Assembly: GCA_012862495.1 (NCBI GenBank)
Contig: BLSG01000314.1
Coordinates: forward strand, 271,075 to 291,074
Reading direction: 5' to 3'
Origin: Thraustochytrium aureum
Lineage: Eukaryota
DNA: 20,000 nt
Shown piece by piece: positions 17,373-20,000 of this stretch. A program made the position numbers and the translations under genes. The notes beneath the pieces were generated by a model, which did not search any database, had not been told where the DNA came from, and saw only the letters and a program-made list of their open reading frames with translations. Within the stretch, counting starts at the first letter, position 1. Every line of letters begins with the position of its first letter.

Positions 17373-19262
17373 TCAAAAGTAGGCAACCGAGGCGAGCGTG
17401 CGTGAGGTGCATCTCGTTTGCGCGCTGCTCAATATCGCCCATGCCCGAAACGACGCCGGTCTCTCGCGCGGGCGGATCGACTCCTGGCGCCCCAGCGGCC
17501 TCCTCTCGAGGAGTGAAAAGGGGATGCAGCGGCGCAGCTTTGGCCGATCGCGACTCGAAGAGTCTTGTTCCCCCCGGGTTGAGCGGCGCACATTTTGCGG
17601 AACGCACTTCGCCTTTGCAGGCGATCGCCTGGTCGATGCGAAGAGCGTCCAAGTCAACGAGGCACAAGTCGCCGCCCGTCGCGTTCCCAAACTTGGCCTC
17701 AAGCCCCGTGCCTTTGCTTGGTGACTTGCCCGCCGCATCGGTGGTCGGGGATGCTTTGGATCCGCCGTCTTTCCCTCCTCCACGTGACGGCCGCTCTCGC
17801 GCGTTCTAATATTGGACCCTGCTCGTCCACTGGACGTGGCCAGCGTGCCGCCGGGCTTGGCAGCTGCACCGCGTGGGCTACCGACCTCGAAGAAGGCGAG
17901 GGGCTCGCACTTGGCTGATCGATGGCCTGGCGACAAGAGCTGCCCTGCGTCGAGAAAGAGGCCAGAAGAACTCGGGCGCGTTGCACCTTCACCGCCCGTC
18001 TCGGCTAGAGTCGGCGCCGAGGCCTCCACCTCAAGCGCGTCGATCTGCGTGTTGAGGGGCTCTGTGGTGTCGCTCGCGCTCTCTGCAAGATGGCCAGAGG
18101 AGCCACTGTGCCGCAGCCGGCCCTGTTGGCGCGGCACGGTGGCTTTGCGCGCCTTCTTTGGCGACCCAGGAGCAAGAGCGTCCGCGAATTTGTCGCCATC
18201 TTCGTCCTGCTCTCTCGTCGCGCGCTCTGCGATGGGGAACTGATTGCAAAACCACTCTGGAAGCTGCCCGTGCGCTGTCACATTTGACGAAATAAGCTCG
18301 ATCCGGGACGCAAAGGTGTCGATGCAAACGTCCGTGACGTCATTCCATGGACGCGATTGCTTGAAGTGGAGCATGAGCGGGCGCCAATGTATTGGCTCCG
18401 CCGAGTGCTCGTTGTGGCACAAGGGCAGCCCGATCCCGACGTGGTCGAGATCATGGTCAATCTCCTCGTAGGCGGACTTGAAGTCCTTGAGCAGCGCTGA
18501 GAGCGAGGGAAACCTCAGCTCCTTGAACATGAGCGTTTTCTTTCGGCTGAGGCCCAGGGCGCCCCACTTGCCGTCTGCGCCGACAGCCATCACGATGTGC
18601 TTGTACTTTTGCGAGGAGCCGCGGATTGTTGACTGAAAGCGGATCGGGATGCGGGTCATGTCGTGCATGTTTAGAGTGAGGTAGAACGCGAGAAAGACAG
18701 CCTCAATGCACTTGATGGGGAGGCACTCGCGCATGATCTCGCGGGCTGTTGTGGCGAGGCGCTTTGGGCCGCGGTCCTTGCGTATGGCAAAGTAGTTGGT
18801 CCCAGTGTGGTTGTACTCGAAGCTGGCGATGAACCGTTGGATTCGTTGCATGCGAACGCTGGCTCTCGTGCCAGCCTTAAACTCTGGTTGCCGAGGCCTG
18901 GGCCGCTCGGGAAGGCTGTCCTTTCGCCGTTCGATGTCTGCGAGCGCCCGCTCCAGGTCGGCCTTGCTGCGCGGAGTCTTTATTTGGAGCTGAAAACTAG
19001 CATCTTGCGACGGAAAGTCGCATCGCGGTCGACCTGGGCTACAGGGCGAGGCCAGAGCTGGCCGGGTCGGGACGTGCTGCATGTCCGCGCTGGGTTCTGC
19101 GGCGATTCTCGTCAGGGCTGCTTGGACCTGCTGATGCCCTTGCACTTGCGCGTGCTTGACCGCCTTGGCTGCATGCTCGGAGACATCGGTGCCTTCTGAT
19201 TCGCGCTCAGAGCGTGCGGAGGGGAGGGCGGGGAGGCAGGTTACTGGCGACAACTCCGCCAT
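17373..19262 (-). CDS. VASH: Vasohibin-family tubulin tyrosine carboxypeptidase (detyrosinase)
   Basis: Diagnostic motifs IQRFIASFEYNHTGTNYFAIRK.R, AREIMRECLPIKCIEAVFL (catalytic Cys at 18710-18708), YKHIVM (His), WGALGLSRKKTLMFKEL and SLSALLKDFKSAYEE..H. Likely start is ATG 19262 (MAELSP). Long low-complexity N- and C-terminal extensions. Confidence 0.95.
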   Translation of the reverse strand: MAELSPVTCLPALPSARSERESEGTDVSEHAAKAVKHAQVQGHQQVQAALTRIAAEPSADMQHVPTRPALASPCSPGRPRCDFPSQDASFQLQIKTPRSKADLERALADIERRKDSLPERPRPRQPEFKAGTRASVRMQRIQRFIASFEYNHTGTNYFAIRKDRGPKRLATTAREIMRECLPIKCIEAVFLAFYLTLNMHDMTRIPIRFQSTIRGSSQKYKHIVMAVGADGKWGALGLSRKKTLMFKELRFPSLSALLKDFKSAYEEIDHDLDHVGIGLPLCHNEHSAEPIHWRPLMLHFKQSRPWNDVTDVCIDTFASRIELISSNVTAHGQLPEWFCNQFPIAERATREQDEDGDKFADALAPGSPKKARKATVPRQQGRLRHSGSSGHLAESASDTTEPLNTQIDALEVEASAPTLAETGGEGATRPSSSGLFLDAGQLLSPGHRSAKCEPLAFFEVGSPRGAAAKPGGTLATSSGRAGSNIRTRESGRHVEEGKTADPKHPRPPMRRASHQAKARGLRPSLGTRRAATCASLTWTLFASTRRSPAKAKCVPQNVRRSTRGEQDSSSRDRPKLRRCIPFSLLERRPLGRQESIRPRERPASFRAWAILSSAQTRCTSRTLASVAYF

Positions 19263-19912
19263 CCCGCGTTCTTGCTCAAGGCCGCTGGCTCGACTGAGTG
19301 AAGGGGTGAGCCGCAGCGCCTCTGCCGTCTCGATTGCTGCTTGCTGGGCGGAAGAACGGGCACGGAGCAGCCAGTTTTCGCGCGACGCAACCCCCTGCGT
19401 GCGGGTGTGGCTCTCGCGCGCGCTCGCTCCTTGGCGCTGCTGCCACCACGTTGTTCGCGGCCTGTCCAGCCGCCGACCTCGTTTACAAGCGGCCGGCTCT
19501 GTTGATCGGCGGATCGTCGCGCCCTCACATCTCCCGTGTCCATCGTGCCGGTGGCCGGATCTATCTACGGGCCAATTTACGTCAGCAGAGCGCGCCCGCG
19601 TGGACCCGACCGAGTTTTTCCAGCCCAAGAGCGAGCGCATCGAGAGGCCACGAGCTCGCATTCTCGCGTTCGTCGCCCCGCCCACCCACCCACAAAACCG
19701 CACGCCATGGCTGCAACAGAGCACGCAAGCGACAACCCGGAGAGCAATACCGCTGCCCAGCTTGACCTCAACCTCTCAGAGCGAGCGCTCTCCCACCGCG
19801 CCCTCCGCTCGCGCCTCAGCCCCGACCGACGCCATCCAGCCGCCATCTCACCGGACAAATGCCCCTCTACACCAAACAGAGGGCGCACTCTGCCCCGCAA
19901 ATTCCACCTGTC

Positions 19913-19954
19913 CCTAACCTAACCAAACCTAGCCTAACCTAGCCTAACCTAACC
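19913..19954. repeat. Degenerate (CCTAA)n / (TTAGG)n pentamer array, 8 units
   Basis: CCTAA CCTAA CCAAA CCTAG CCTAA CCTAG CCTAA CCTAA CC. Confidence 0.9.
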
Positions 19955-20000
19955 GCTTTTTTGTTCAGAAAATTTGTTTCGGGGTGTGCGAGCAGCCTGA

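Noticed and set aside
11138..19262. Cytoskeletal gene cluster (G-box/WH2 protein, coiled-coil protein, vasohibin)
   Set aside because: Interrupted by an unrelated mitoribosomal gene. Eukaryotic neighbours are usually functionally unlinked, and there is no synteny or co-expression evidence here.
19263..19724. 154-aa upstream extension of the vasohibin ORF
   Set aside because: The ORF-track start is non-ATG and the sequence looks like GC-rich leader. In-frame upstream ATGs exist, so it is not strictly excluded, but there is no positive support.

Overview
GC-rich, gene-dense, intron-poor eukaryotic genomic DNA. The style suggests a protist such as a stramenopile/labyrinthulomycete, which is inference only. 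Four N-gaps interrupt genes: 7493-7938, 9510-10504, 12642-12938 and 16425-16600. Genes in order: a partial unknown gene (-); a COA7-like Cys-rich Sel1-repeat protein (+); an ABCG/White half-transporter (-); a large TKL-type kinase fused to a pseudokinase (-), with a spliced N-terminus that may be an RGS domain and an apparent 1-nt frameshift; a helical protein with a possible TULIP/BPI-like start and a C-terminal PDZ domain (+); a TCP10/CENPJ G-box-like beta-repeat + coiled-coil + WH2 protein (-); a coiled-coil hypothetical protein (-); mitochondrial ribosomal protein bL35m (+); and a vasohibin-family tubulin carboxypeptidase (-). No mobile elements, CRISPR arrays or structural RNA genes were recognised. 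The best novelty candidates are unusual domain architectures: G-box-repeat/coiled-coil/WH2, (RGS?)-kinase-pseudokinase with very large loop inserts, and (TULIP?)-PDZ. A duplicated palindromic element also lies in a 166-bp divergent promoter.
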